Origin: an uncultured delta proteobacterium
Lineage (GTDB): Bacteria > Desulfobacterota > Binatia > UBA9968
NCBI GenBank assembly: GCA_963771465.1
Contig: CAVYTU010000010.1
Coordinates: forward strand, 4,380 to 68,379
Direction of reading: 5' to 3'
Length of the DNA stretch: 64,000 nucleotides
Position 1 is the stretch's first letter. Each line of letters opens with the position of its first letter. The position numbers and the translations under genes are program-made. Positions 16,483 through 25,448 of the stretch are shown here, piece after piece. The notes beneath the pieces are model-generated. The model saw only the letters and a program-made list of their open reading frames with translations. It did not search any database and was not told the origin of the DNA.

Positions 16483-17478
16483 GTGGGTCGATTCGCACTG
16501 ATCGTTCATTTTACTGTTAGTGACTTTACCAGCAGCTCGCCGTTGGCGCAGACGCGGGAAAAGGTTCGGGTCGCGCTCGGTTCGATATCGGTGAATACCA
16601 GCGTCATTCCCGTCGGTCATCAATATGGCTTGTTCGCTAAATACGGTGTCGATCTCGAACCGATTTATATGGGCGGCGGGATGAACTCGCTGGCGGCGGT
16701 TACCTCCAATTCGGTGCAGTTTCTTTCAGCCGGCTCGACCGCCACGATCAGCGCGCGACTGGGCGGGATGGATATTACGATGCTGACCGTGCAGTCGAGC
16801 AAGCTCGAGTACAGCATTTTCGCCGCACCGGAAATCAAAACCCCGCAAGAGTTGAAAGGCAAGATCGTCACCGGGACGCGGCCCGGCGCGTCGGCTGACA
16901 GCGCCTTGCGTTTGATGCTGCGCAAGTGGGGTTTGGAGCCGGGCAAGGATGTTATCTTTGTCTCCGTCGGCGATAGCCAACAGGGACGCATGAATGCGTT
17001 GCAGCGCGGCTCGGTTGCGGCCACCGCTTTGACGCCGCCGTTTAGCGGCATAGCGCGGCAACTCGGTTTTCGCGAGCTCATCGACATGCGCAAGACGGAT
17101 ATCGAATACGCCGGCTCATCGATCGCCGGCATGGTGGGCTATATCAAAAGCCATCCGCAGTTGGTCGAGAATTTTCTCAAAGGCTATATCGAGTCGCTGC
17201 ATTTCTTCCGCAGCCAGAAAGAGAAAACCGTTGCCGGCATCATGAAGTTCATGAAGTTGAACGACCGCTCGCGGGCCGAAGAGGGTTATGAGTATTATCT
17301 CGATCTGATGCCGGTCATGCCCTATGCCAGCGTCGCCGGTGTCAAAGCGGTGTTGCAGTTTCTGGCTCCCGGCCAGCCCAAAGCCGCGACGGCAAATCCG
17401 GAAGACTTTTACGATCATAGTATCCTTAAGAAAATCGAGGACAGCGGCTTTGCCAAACCGTTCGCGATTCGACGGTGA
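16483..17478 (+). CDS. NMT1/THI5-like (NitT/TauT-type) ABC substrate-binding protein
   Basis: Paralogous to 17526..18536, 24314..25282 and 35467..36462, sharing the pattern ...ELKGK.I......S..D...R..L.K.GL.P.KDV.......... . GTG start, and the signal peptide is weak and atypical (MGRFALIVHFTVSDFTSSSPLAQ). Confidence 0.75.
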   Translation: MGRFALIVHFTVSDFTSSSPLAQTREKVRVALGSISVNTSVIPVGHQYGLFAKYGVDLEPIYMGGGMNSLAAVTSNSVQFLSAGSTATISARLGGMDITMLTVQSSKLEYSIFAAPEIKTPQELKGKIVTGTRPGASADSALRLMLRKWGLEPGKDVIFVSVGDSQQGRMNALQRGSVAATALTPPFSGIARQLGFRELIDMRKTDIEYAGSSIAGMVGYIKSHPQLVENFLKGYIESLHFFRSQKEKTVAGIMKFMKLNDRSRAEEGYEYYLDLMPVMPYASVAGVKAVLQFLAPGQPKAATANPEDFYDHSILKKIEDSGFAKPFAIRR

Positions 17479-17525
17479 AGTTGGCGCCAAGACGAATGGC
17501 AATAGCGGAAATCGAGGCATAAATC

Positions 17526-18536
17526 ATGGACAAACCATGCGCCGGGAAAATTGTTGTGGCCGCGCTTTTAGCTAGCCTGATGGCTTCGCCTCTGTCGGCC
17601 CAGGCGCAGGATAAGCCCTTAAAGAAGATCGGCTGGGGCGTAACTTCGTTGTCTGCGTCCAACTGGATTCCCTGGATTGCAAAGGACGCGAAGATCTATG
17701 AGAAGAACGGGCTTGATGTGGAACTGGTCCTGGTTAAAGGATCGGGCCAGACATCGGCGGCGATTCTCGGCGGCAGTCTTTTTGCCGCGCCGGTTGCGGT
17801 GCCGCAAGTGATGATGGCCAATCTCGGCGGCGCCGATCTGGTAAACATCGCTCACACGGTGCCCGGAGTGCAGAGCAAACTACTGGTCAAGCAGGAAATT
17901 AGGCGCCCCGAAGATATCAAGGGAAAGCGCATCGCGACCTCAAGTTTAGGTTCGCTAGGCGATTTTCTTTTCAAGTACATCATTCGGAAAAACGGCATGG
18001 ACCCGATTCGCGACGTTACCTGGCTTTCGATCGGCACGCCAGGGGAGCGGCTGCAAGCGTTGGCATCGGGGCGAGTGGATGCCGCGGATCTGTCCTATCC
18101 CACCGACGCGCAGGGCGTGCGTATGGGGTATCGGGTTCTTTGGGATGCGCGAAAAGAGGTAGTCTATCCATCCATGTCGGTGGTGACCCGCCGGAAAACC
18201 GTTCAAGATGACCGCGACACCGTAATGCGCATGCTCAAGTCCCACGTCGAGGGCATCGCCTATTTCAAAACGCACAAAGAGTTCAGCATGAAAGTGCTAA
18301 GCAAGTATCTACGAACTAACGATCAGGAACTCTTGGAAGGATCCTACGCGATCTTCAAGGAGGATTTTATTTCCACGCCTTATCCGATCATGAAGGGATT
18401 GGAGGCGACCTACGACTACGTTGCAGCGACGCGACCGGAGATTCGCGGCCGTAAGCCCGAGGAATTCATGGACCCGAGCTTGATCGCTGAATTGGACAAG
18501 AGCGGCTTCATCAAGAAACTCTACGAGCAGAAATAA
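17526..18536 (+). CDS. NMT1/THI5-like ABC substrate-binding protein
   Basis: Clear signal peptide (KIVVAALLASLMASPLSAQA) and the same fold pattern as the neighbouring paralogue. Confidence 0.85.
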   Translation: MDKPCAGKIVVAALLASLMASPLSAQAQDKPLKKIGWGVTSLSASNWIPWIAKDAKIYEKNGLDVELVLVKGSGQTSAAILGGSLFAAPVAVPQVMMANLGGADLVNIAHTVPGVQSKLLVKQEIRRPEDIKGKRIATSSLGSLGDFLFKYIIRKNGMDPIRDVTWLSIGTPGERLQALASGRVDAADLSYPTDAQGVRMGYRVLWDARKEVVYPSMSVVTRRKTVQDDRDTVMRMLKSHVEGIAYFKTHKEFSMKVLSKYLRTNDQELLEGSYAIFKEDFISTPYPIMKGLEATYDYVAATRPEIRGRKPEEFMDPSLIAELDKSGFIKKLYEQK

Positions 18537-18587
18537 CCGGGCCGCGGCTGACTTTGATCGCAGTTGGGTTGGACTCTTTCGTGCTTC

Positions 18588-19238
18588 TTACTGCGGAGCC
18601 GTGTACTGGATAACTTCATAAACGACCTTTGTTCGACCGCTCGGATGGCCCACGGTTGTCTCGTTGATTCTCTTGACCATCAATTTTATTTCCGGCACGT
18701 ACCAGATCGTCGAGAAGGCGCTGTTCGAAGTTTCCGATTGAATCTTTAAAGCTTTCCAAGTGCCCGCCGGTACCGTGACGTCTTCAGAGGCGGCCACACG
18801 GTATTGGACATTGACGGGTCCGATCGTCATCCCTTGCACGCGGTTGTTGAAGGTAAAAGTCGCGGTCCATGACTTGTCTACGTATAGGGGCCACGAAAGC
18901 ATTCCGTCATGCGGTAGCGTGGAGCTAACTTCCTTGCCGAATCGGAGAGTGGCAATCGCATTGCTCGTGGCAACGTCGTAAAGATTCGTGTCGTTTCCGA
19001 CGACGACGCGATGGACGGGTTTGCCCTCATAGACACCATCCTCGATGACCGTATATGTCAAAGTCACGGTTGGACCGCTCTGTAATACGATTCGGCCAAC
19101 CCATTTGGTTCCAACCGCGGGAAATCCGACGTCCGCTTTGATCGTGCCTGGCGGCGGTTCAGCGGGAGGTTCCGCCGCCAGTACCGGATAGGCGAGAGAA
19201 AACGCTACAATGCGAAGGAAGAAATACTTTCGAAGCAT
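18588..19238 (-). CDS. Secreted hypothetical protein (beta-rich)
   Basis: Signal peptide MLRKYFFLRIVAFSLAYPVLAA and a clean ORF. I recognise no family. Confidence 0.55.
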   Translation of the reverse strand: MLRKYFFLRIVAFSLAYPVLAAEPPAEPPPGTIKADVGFPAVGTKWVGRIVLQSGPTVTLTYTVIEDGVYEGKPVHRVVVGNDTNLYDVATSNAIATLRFGKEVSSTLPHDGMLSWPLYVDKSWTATFTFNNRVQGMTIGPVNVQYRVAASEDVTVPAGTWKALKIQSETSNSAFSTIWYVPEIKLMVKRINETTVGHPSGRTKVVYEVIQYTAPQ

Positions 19239-19316
19239 GCCTATTTACTCCTTCGTGGTTTCATTTTACCTCGAGATTCTTTTTAAAGAGGATTGCCGTG
19301 TCAATAATCCGAAAGA

Positions 19317-21317
19317 TCAACGCGGTTTTCTCTCAACGGATGAGTGGCTCTTCTTGGCCTCTGCGATAATCCGCTCGGCGTCTTCCGGAAGCAGAAATCG
19401 TTCATCAACTAAAGTTCTTGCCGCGCGGCTGATTTGCTCGACGTAATCTTGCTTGTCACCGTAGCGCTCGGCGAGGGAGAGCCGCGGGTCGCCGGTTTTT
19501 TTGCGTTGGGTTTTGCTTTTCGCAAAGGGCTTGAACGAGCCGAGCAAGCCCGACAATTCTCCTTCGGCTAACCCGCGCGGGCGGAGGTTCCAGCCGGTGT
19601 AGGTTCCAATCGGCGCTTCGAGGGCTGGAAGACGAATCCCGGCGAGATCGTTGCCGTCGGCGTCGACTTTCGGCACGAGGATTTTGTAGGCGCCATTACC
19701 GATAGGTTTCGGCGGATGGACGTCCACCTTGCCGCGTAGAATGTTTTCGCCATAGTCGAGAAACAGTTGGCGGTTGTGCAGTCCAATAAAACTGACGCCA
19801 GGAATTTTCGGGAAGCCGGTCCGATTCGGTGCAACCAAGGTTCGGTCTTGCACGCTCGGGTAACGGCTCGGCGGTGGCGGAATGCGTTTCGTCGCCCATT
19901 GATCCATTGCGACCATCAAGGCGCGGAGAATGTCGCCCGCGGGCAGCGGATTGACGAGCAACTGAGTGTCGTTTTTGGCAGGCTCGGAGCCAAACGGGCT
20001 GTTGTGCTGAGCGCTGGCGATGACATAGATGCGCACGTTGTCGGGGATCGGCAAATCCTTCCCCTTACCGTCGGTGTGCGCCAAGCAACCGCGCTTCTGC
20101 CAGTATTCGGTCGAAGTCTGCGTGTGAAAAACCAATGGATCGGTCTTTGGTCGTTTGAGGATGCCGTCGCGCCGGCCGGTCTGCGCATCTTTAATTACGT
20201 TATATGCATGCGGGAAAAGCTCGGGATCGAGTTGGTTGGTGTGTTGCTGCGACGAAGTGACCGGCCTGGCGAACTCGTAGTTTAAATATACCCTGCCGCC
20301 ACCGGCTACGTGCGGCGCGATGGCGTCGAAGACTTTGCGGTGCTTCTCGTCTTCGTTGAAACCGTGATAGACGAAGTCGCGCAGAAAACGTCCGCTCTGG
20401 GAGCGGCCCCAGGCATAGGCGTGCGTGATGCCGTTTGTCTTCTTTCCTGAAGCAAGCGGGTTCGGCTTTCCCGTTGAATCTTTCAATTCGAAGCGCAGGA
20501 ACGAAACCAGGTCGCGCACGACGGCGAAGCCTAAGCCAAGCACGAGCGGGTCTTTCGCCGGATAGATGAATTCGTAGATATGGCCAGGCTTAAAACCCGA
20601 GTGAAGGTACAGATCGCAACCGCTCGGTTTGATAACTTCCTTGCCGTTGCGCTGGTCTTTCACGCAGGCGGCGAATTCCCATTGGGTTGCGGGCACGGGA
20701 ATTCTCTTGCCGTAAGATTGTTCTCGCACCGTCAGCGTCGCCAGAGATTTGTCCCGCGACGCGGCTTGGTAACTTTTGACTCGCTCGTCGCCGCTGAGCG
20801 GTTGCGACTTGACGTCTTTCTGATCGACGACGATCTCGGTGCGGACTTTACTGACAATCGGCACGCCATGGTTGGTCGCCACGGGAACATTGAGCACGAG
20901 CCAATTTTTAAGCGGCATCAAATCGCCCTGCCAGCCGCACCAGACGATGGTGTAGCCTTGGCGCATAAGAAAGCCATTGCCGGCGTGTTCGAGTGTGCTC
21001 GGGTCATTCGCTTCGGGGGCATCGTTGAGAAAACCCAAGATACGCTTGCCGCCGCGGTTGGGCGCGTCGAAAAATATTTTGCCATTGCCGCGCGCCATGT
21101 CGAGCGGTTTCAAGATGCAAAAATTGCTGGAATATTCGACTCGGCCGCGCTTGTTGCGTGGCGCTTTATTCAAGTTGACGATAATTCGATTCAGTCGGTG
21201 AGTCGGATCGACTTCGCCGTAGATTGTGCCGACGAGTTTTTCATAGGCGCCGGTGATGGGGAATTCATGACCGCCGGCGAAGGGTTGTCTTTTTCGGATG
21301 ATGAAGCGGGTAAGCAT
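19317..21317 (-). CDS. Large alpha/beta-hydrolase-domain protein of unknown function
   Basis: 666-aa ORF with a nucleophile-elbow-like W-G-R-S-Q-S-G and the surrounding pattern LGLGFAVVRDLVSFLR. It resembles proteins I remember annotated as alpha/beta hydrolase domain-containing. No signal peptide. Confidence 0.55.
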   Translation of the reverse strand: MLTRFIIRKRQPFAGGHEFPITGAYEKLVGTIYGEVDPTHRLNRIIVNLNKAPRNKRGRVEYSSNFCILKPLDMARGNGKIFFDAPNRGGKRILGFLNDAPEANDPSTLEHAGNGFLMRQGYTIVWCGWQGDLMPLKNWLVLNVPVATNHGVPIVSKVRTEIVVDQKDVKSQPLSGDERVKSYQAASRDKSLATLTVREQSYGKRIPVPATQWEFAACVKDQRNGKEVIKPSGCDLYLHSGFKPGHIYEFIYPAKDPLVLGLGFAVVRDLVSFLRFELKDSTGKPNPLASGKKTNGITHAYAWGRSQSGRFLRDFVYHGFNEDEKHRKVFDAIAPHVAGGGRVYLNYEFARPVTSSQQHTNQLDPELFPHAYNVIKDAQTGRRDGILKRPKTDPLVFHTQTSTEYWQKRGCLAHTDGKGKDLPIPDNVRIYVIASAQHNSPFGSEPAKNDTQLLVNPLPAGDILRALMVAMDQWATKRIPPPPSRYPSVQDRTLVAPNRTGFPKIPGVSFIGLHNRQLFLDYGENILRGKVDVHPPKPIGNGAYKILVPKVDADGNDLAGIRLPALEAPIGTYTGWNLRPRGLAEGELSGLLGSFKPFAKSKTQRKKTGDPRLSLAERYGDKQDYVEQISRAARTLVDERFLLPEDAERIIAEAKKSHSSVERKPR

Positions 21318-21372
21318 AAAATTAATTGAGAATGGATAATTGATAATTAAAAATTGTCGGATCAGGAACCGA

Positions 21373-22317
21373 TTAGTATTCGTTGAACATTCGCTGTAGG
21401 TCTTTTGGGTCTTTCGTTTTGGTTAGGCCTAGCATCAGCAGGATTCTCGCTTTGTGCGGGATCAGGCTGTCGGCTTGGATGAAGGGGTCGTTCCAGTCGA
21501 CCGGGACTCTGCCTTGTCCGCCGCGGTTCGACAGTACTACCGGTATCCCACTTGCGGCGATTTTCTCCATTCCTGCCAGTTGATCCGCCGATGGGCGGCC
21601 GTTGTAGGCGTAGCCGCTGATGACGAGTCCCTTCGCTCCGGCAGCGACGCAGGCTTGCGCCGCGGTATCGTCGCCGCCGACGTAGGCGGCGATCACGTCG
21701 ACGCGCGGGAATTCGTCAATCTCGCGGATATCGAACTCGGAGCCAAAGGTATGGCGCCGCGTCGGCGCGTAATAGAAACTCACTTGGTCGTCTTCGATGT
21801 GGCCGAGCAGGCCGCGTCCGAGGGAATGAAAGCCGCCGGGGCGCTGATTGGTTTTGACCACTTCGCGTGCCGAGTGAATTTCCTCGTGCAGGGTGACCAA
21901 TACGCCTTTGCCGCGCGCGTCGGGCGAGAGTACCAGACGGATGGCGTCGAGCATGTTGCGGTCGCCGTCGTTGCCGACTTCGTCGTGTTTGCGCTGCGAG
22001 GCGACGACGACTAGCGGTTTCTCCGAGCGCACGCACAAGTGGAGAAAGTACGCGGTCTCTTCAGTGGTAAACGTGCCGTGGGTGACAATGATGCCGTCGA
22101 TGCGCGAATCTTCAGCAGCGGCGCTGGCGGCGCGGCCGACGTCGAGCCAATGGTTTAAGCGCAATTGGCCGCTGCGCACCCGAGTGGCTTCGACGACTTC
22201 GAAATCCGCCATCGCTTTGGCTTGCGGAATATCTTTTAGCACTTCGTCGATGCCGATGAGGCCGTGGCCGGTGTTGGCGATGGTTCCGCCGGTGGCGATG
22301 ATTTTGATTAGGGGCAT
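21373..22317 (-). CDS. L-asparaginase/glutaminase family protein (atypical active-site motif)
   Basis: KIIATGGTIA catalytic Thr motif and SAREVVKTN Lys motif. The second Thr motif reads HGTFT instead of HGTDT. Confidence 0.8.
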   Translation of the reverse strand: MPLIKIIATGGTIANTGHGLIGIDEVLKDIPQAKAMADFEVVEATRVRSGQLRLNHWLDVGRAASAAAEDSRIDGIIVTHGTFTTEETAYFLHLCVRSEKPLVVVASQRKHDEVGNDGDRNMLDAIRLVLSPDARGKGVLVTLHEEIHSAREVVKTNQRPGGFHSLGRGLLGHIEDDQVSFYYAPTRRHTFGSEFDIREIDEFPRVDVIAAYVGGDDTAAQACVAAGAKGLVISGYAYNGRPSADQLAGMEKIAASGIPVVLSNRGGQGRVPVDWNDPFIQADSLIPHKARILLMLGLTKTKDPKDLQRMFNEY

Positions 22318-22354
22318 GAGTTTATTTGCGTTCCAATCGTTGCCATCGTTCGTT

Positions 22355-23309
22355 CTAAGTTTCCAAGGTGCTCGGGTGAAACATTTCTTCGGGCTCGAAC
22401 TTCCGCTTCGTCAGGCCTTGGCGAAAGCAGTAATCGAGCAGCTTATCCACTTCCGGTCTGGTTTTCTGAAAACCCCAGAGATACGGATCGTTCCCGGCGA
22501 CGGACTGTTCTTCCTCCCACAGCGCGCGGTACCAGAGAGCGGTCTGGTGCACGCGCTGCCATTGGAGCCATTCATAGCACTTCTTTTTCGATTCCTGCCA
22601 GGCGTTGAACAGGCTCATCGCTACCCAGGGATTTTTTTCTAAGACAGAGTTCTTGATCAGCAGCGTGTGCATGATCGGAAAGAAACCCGTGCGCCGGTAA
22701 TAATCGCGCTCCAGCTCCGCGTAGTTGGGAAATAGAAAATCGATTTCCGGGTGAACTCGCGGCGCCCAGGTGCCGGTGGTGATCGCCGCGTCGATTTTCC
22801 CGGCTGCAAGCCAATCGAATTGCGTGCTCGCCTTTGGGAATGATCTCGACTTTCAACCACACCGGTGGTTTCCAGTCGCCGACGCCGCTGACGCGATCGG
22901 CGATCCAAGTGACGGATTTTGGATCGAGGCCGTACTCGTCTTCGAGCAGGCCACGCGCCCACACGGCGGTGGTCGTCAGCCAGTTTTGCACGCCGATGCG
23001 CTTGCCGTTCAAATCGGCGGGCGAGCGGATGCCAGAGCGTTTGTTGATGTAAATGTAGGAGTGGCGAAACATCCGCTTGACGAAAATCGGGATCGCCGTG
23101 TAACCGAGCGACTTGTAGTGCAGGTCGGCGATGTAAGTGCCGGTGTAAAATTCCGCGGCGTCGAATTCCTTGCCGTCGATCTTCGTGTGCCGCCCTGGGC
23201 TCGGGTTGACGTGGATTTCGAGATCAATGCCATCGGCTTTAACCGTGCCGTCGATCAACGCGCGCGCGCGGTCGTAGGGACCGCAGGTCATGGTGAGTTT
23301 TAGCGCCAT
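22355..23309 (-). pseudogene. 4,5-dihydroxyphthalate decarboxylase-like (periplasmic-binding-protein fold, cytoplasmic) gene with one frameshift
   Basis: The N-terminal part (MALKLTMTCGPYDRARALIDGTVKADGIDLE ... FRHSYIYINKRSGIRSPADLNGKRIGVQNW) is in one frame. The continuation (QFDWLAAGKIDAAITTGTWAPRVHPEIDFLFPNYAELERDYYRRTGFFPIMHTLLIKNSVLEKNPWVA...) is in another, with the switch near 22818-22832. Total length is 955 nt, which is not a multiple of 3. Confidence 0.65.
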
Positions 23310-23310
23310 G

Positions 23311-24303
23311 CTATTGGACCTTGAAAACTCGATTGAACTCTTTGCCAAGCTGCTCGTATTCATCCGAAGTGACGTGCAAGGTGAAAGTCTTTGCGCCCTT
23401 GAGACGAGGATTTTTCGCGCTCATGCCGATGCGTCCGGGACTTCTGCCTTTGTCCTGGAGCAGCTTCTGACCTTCGGCGGAAAGCATGAAGTCGATGAAA
23501 ACTTTGGCCGCGTTGGGGCGCGGCGCGTTCTTCAGGAGCGAGATGCGATTGGGATCGCCGCCGACCAAGGGATTCGGCGCGACCCAGTGGAGCGGCGCGC
23601 CTTTTTCGCTGTATTCATCGACGCGGTGTTGATACAGCGACACGGCGACGGGAAACTCGCCGGCCGATACCAGTTCGGTAATCAACGTGTAGCCTTTTCT
23701 GAAATTGACTTGCTGCTCGGCGAGCCGCCGCCAGTATTCCATCCCTTTGTCTTTTCCTCTCGCTTTGATCAGCGCGCCGAACAAATAATATTCTTCCGTA
23801 TCCCAACCGAGCTGGCCTTTCCAGCGCGGCTGGAGCAAATCGTCATAGCTTTTCGGCGCGGCGTCAGCTGAAACCAGCCGGGAGTTGTAGCCGATGACGT
23901 AGATCGTTTGATGCAAGCCCACGCCGAAGCCATCCGGATCGCGCCAATCGGCGGGAAAGTTTGCTGCTTCTCTCGATTGATAGCGGTCGAGGGCCGATTT
24001 TTCTTTTAAGATGCCCGACTGGATGCCGCTAATTGCCACGACGTCGCCGAGAAATGTTCCCGTGCGTTGTTCGCTGAGCAGCCGGTTGAGCGTCCTTTCG
24101 CTACTAGCTCGGACGGGTTCGACCCTGAGCGGCGGATATTTTCTCTCGAAAGCTTTGACGACATAGTCGGCATCGCTCGGTCCCCATGAAGTGTAAAAGA
24201 CGATGCGGCCTTCCTGTTTCGCCTTGTCGAAGTCTTGCGCGTGAAGGGTGCCGCTCAAGACGGCAACGATCAGAGCGATTGCTGCGCTGTGCATGTGTTT
24301 CAT
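23311..24303 (-). CDS. Family-1 extracellular solute-binding protein (Fe3+/AfuA-like ABC SBP)
   Basis: Signal peptide MKHMHSAAIALIVAVLSGTLHA. Paralogous to 31009..32091 and 32283..33374 (EGRIVFYTSW... YDDLLQPRWKG...). GAGGAG lies upstream of ATG 24303. Confidence 0.8.
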   Translation of the reverse strand: MKHMHSAAIALIVAVLSGTLHAQDFDKAKQEGRIVFYTSWGPSDADYVVKAFERKYPPLRVEPVRASSERTLNRLLSEQRTGTFLGDVVAISGIQSGILKEKSALDRYQSREAANFPADWRDPDGFGVGLHQTIYVIGYNSRLVSADAAPKSYDDLLQPRWKGQLGWDTEEYYLFGALIKARGKDKGMEYWRRLAEQQVNFRKGYTLITELVSAGEFPVAVSLYQHRVDEYSEKGAPLHWVAPNPLVGGDPNRISLLKNAPRPNAAKVFIDFMLSAEGQKLLQDKGRSPGRIGMSAKNPRLKGAKTFTLHVTSDEYEQLGKEFNRVFKVQ

Positions 24304-24313
24304 AGACTCCTCG

Positions 24314-25282
24314 TCACTTGTAGACGCTCGCGACAAATCCTTCCCGCTCCAATTCATCCATCACGCTGGTATCGACGAAGTCGCGCCAATCGCGCTGCTC
24401 TTTGACCTGCATAAATTCCAAAAACACCGTGGCGTCTTCCGGCCCGGGGGTAGGCACTCTGGGAAAAACTTTCAGCCAGAAATCGTAAGTCTCCGAGAGA
24501 ATTTTGCCGTCGGTTTCGCGCAAGTTTTTGCCCAATACTCTCATGCCGAAGTCGCGATCGGTGCGAAAGCGCGCCAGGCCGGCGACAAAAGCTCTCATGA
24601 AATTTTTCACCGTGTCGCGCTGCGACTTGATGAATGATTGGCGAGTGGTGATCTGGTTGATCGGATATTGGATGCCGCTGCCGACAAGATCGTAGAGCGG
24701 ACGCAAGCCGAGCTCTTTCGCGCGCAGCGTAAAGGGTGGCAGCAATAATGTTGCTTGTACGGTTCCCGCGGCCAGCGCCGCCAGGCGCGAGCCGAAGTCG
24801 CCGACTTGCAACATGGTGACATCTTTGTCGGGATCGAGTCCAAGTTTTCTCAGCGCATACTGAGCGGCGACGTAGCCGGAGCCACCGACGGTGCTGACAG
24901 CGAGTTTTTTACCTTTTAATTCAGACGGCTCGCGAATGTCCTTGCCGACGTAGAGCGTGTAGGGAAACACGCCGACCGTGCGCGCGATGATGACGGTGTC
25001 GGCGCCCTTGAGCCGGGCGTTGACTACGGCGGCGCCGCCGGTGGTGCTGATCTGAATGTCGCCGCCGATCAGCGCGCGGGTGACCGGCTGGCCGCCGGAA
25101 AATTGAATCACTTCGAGATTCTTGATGCCGTATTTTTCGAAGTAGCGTCCTTCTTTGGCTGACCAGAGCGGCGCTTGGGTGGCGCTGAAGATGGTTCCAG
25201 CGCGCAGGGGTTCCTGGGCGTTTACACTGTTTGAAACGAGAAGCGGAGTTGCCAGAATGAAAAATGTGATTGCGCAGCGCAT
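24314..25282 (-). CDS. NMT1/THI5-like ABC substrate-binding protein
   Basis: Signal peptide MRCAITFFILATPLLVSNSVNA. Start moved to ATG 25282 because the listed N-terminal extension translates a palindromic intergenic repeat. Confidence 0.8.
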   Translation of the reverse strand: MRCAITFFILATPLLVSNSVNAQEPLRAGTIFSATQAPLWSAKEGRYFEKYGIKNLEVIQFSGGQPVTRALIGGDIQISTTGGAAVVNARLKGADTVIIARTVGVFPYTLYVGKDIREPSELKGKKLAVSTVGGSGYVAAQYALRKLGLDPDKDVTMLQVGDFGSRLAALAAGTVQATLLLPPFTLRAKELGLRPLYDLVGSGIQYPINQITTRQSFIKSQRDTVKNFMRAFVAGLARFRTDRDFGMRVLGKNLRETDGKILSETYDFWLKVFPRVPTPGPEDATVFLEFMQVKEQRDWRDFVDTSVMDELEREGFVASVYK

Positions 25283-25295
25283 TGCGGCATGAAGA

Positions 25296-25408
25296 AAATT
25301 CCCCTCAGTCCCCCTTTGGCAAAGGGGGAAGATCGGACGCCAAGCACGTTGTCGCACCGGCACGATTTGATTTCCCCTCTTTAAAAAAGAGGGGTAAGGG
25401 GAGATTTG
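25296..25408. repeat. Nested-palindrome intergenic element (REP/MITE-like)
   Basis: Two perfect 9-bp hairpins: TCCCCCTTTggcAAAGGGGGA (25309-25329) and CCCCTCTTTaaaAAAGAGGGG (25374-25394). They are flanked by an imperfect outer inverted repeat, AAATTCCCCT and AGGGGAGATTT. Confidence 0.7.
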
Positions 25409-25448
25409 TAATTGGGTGGCGTGGCGCACCTTTTTGCGGAACAGGAGT

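Noticed and set aside
16430-16502. Heptamer slippage as a phase switch giving the downstream SBP a longer signal peptide from ATG 16430
   Set aside because: Adding one 7-nt unit would align ATG 16430 with the SBP frame. However, that frame contains TAA at 16450-16452, so no productive fusion is possible.
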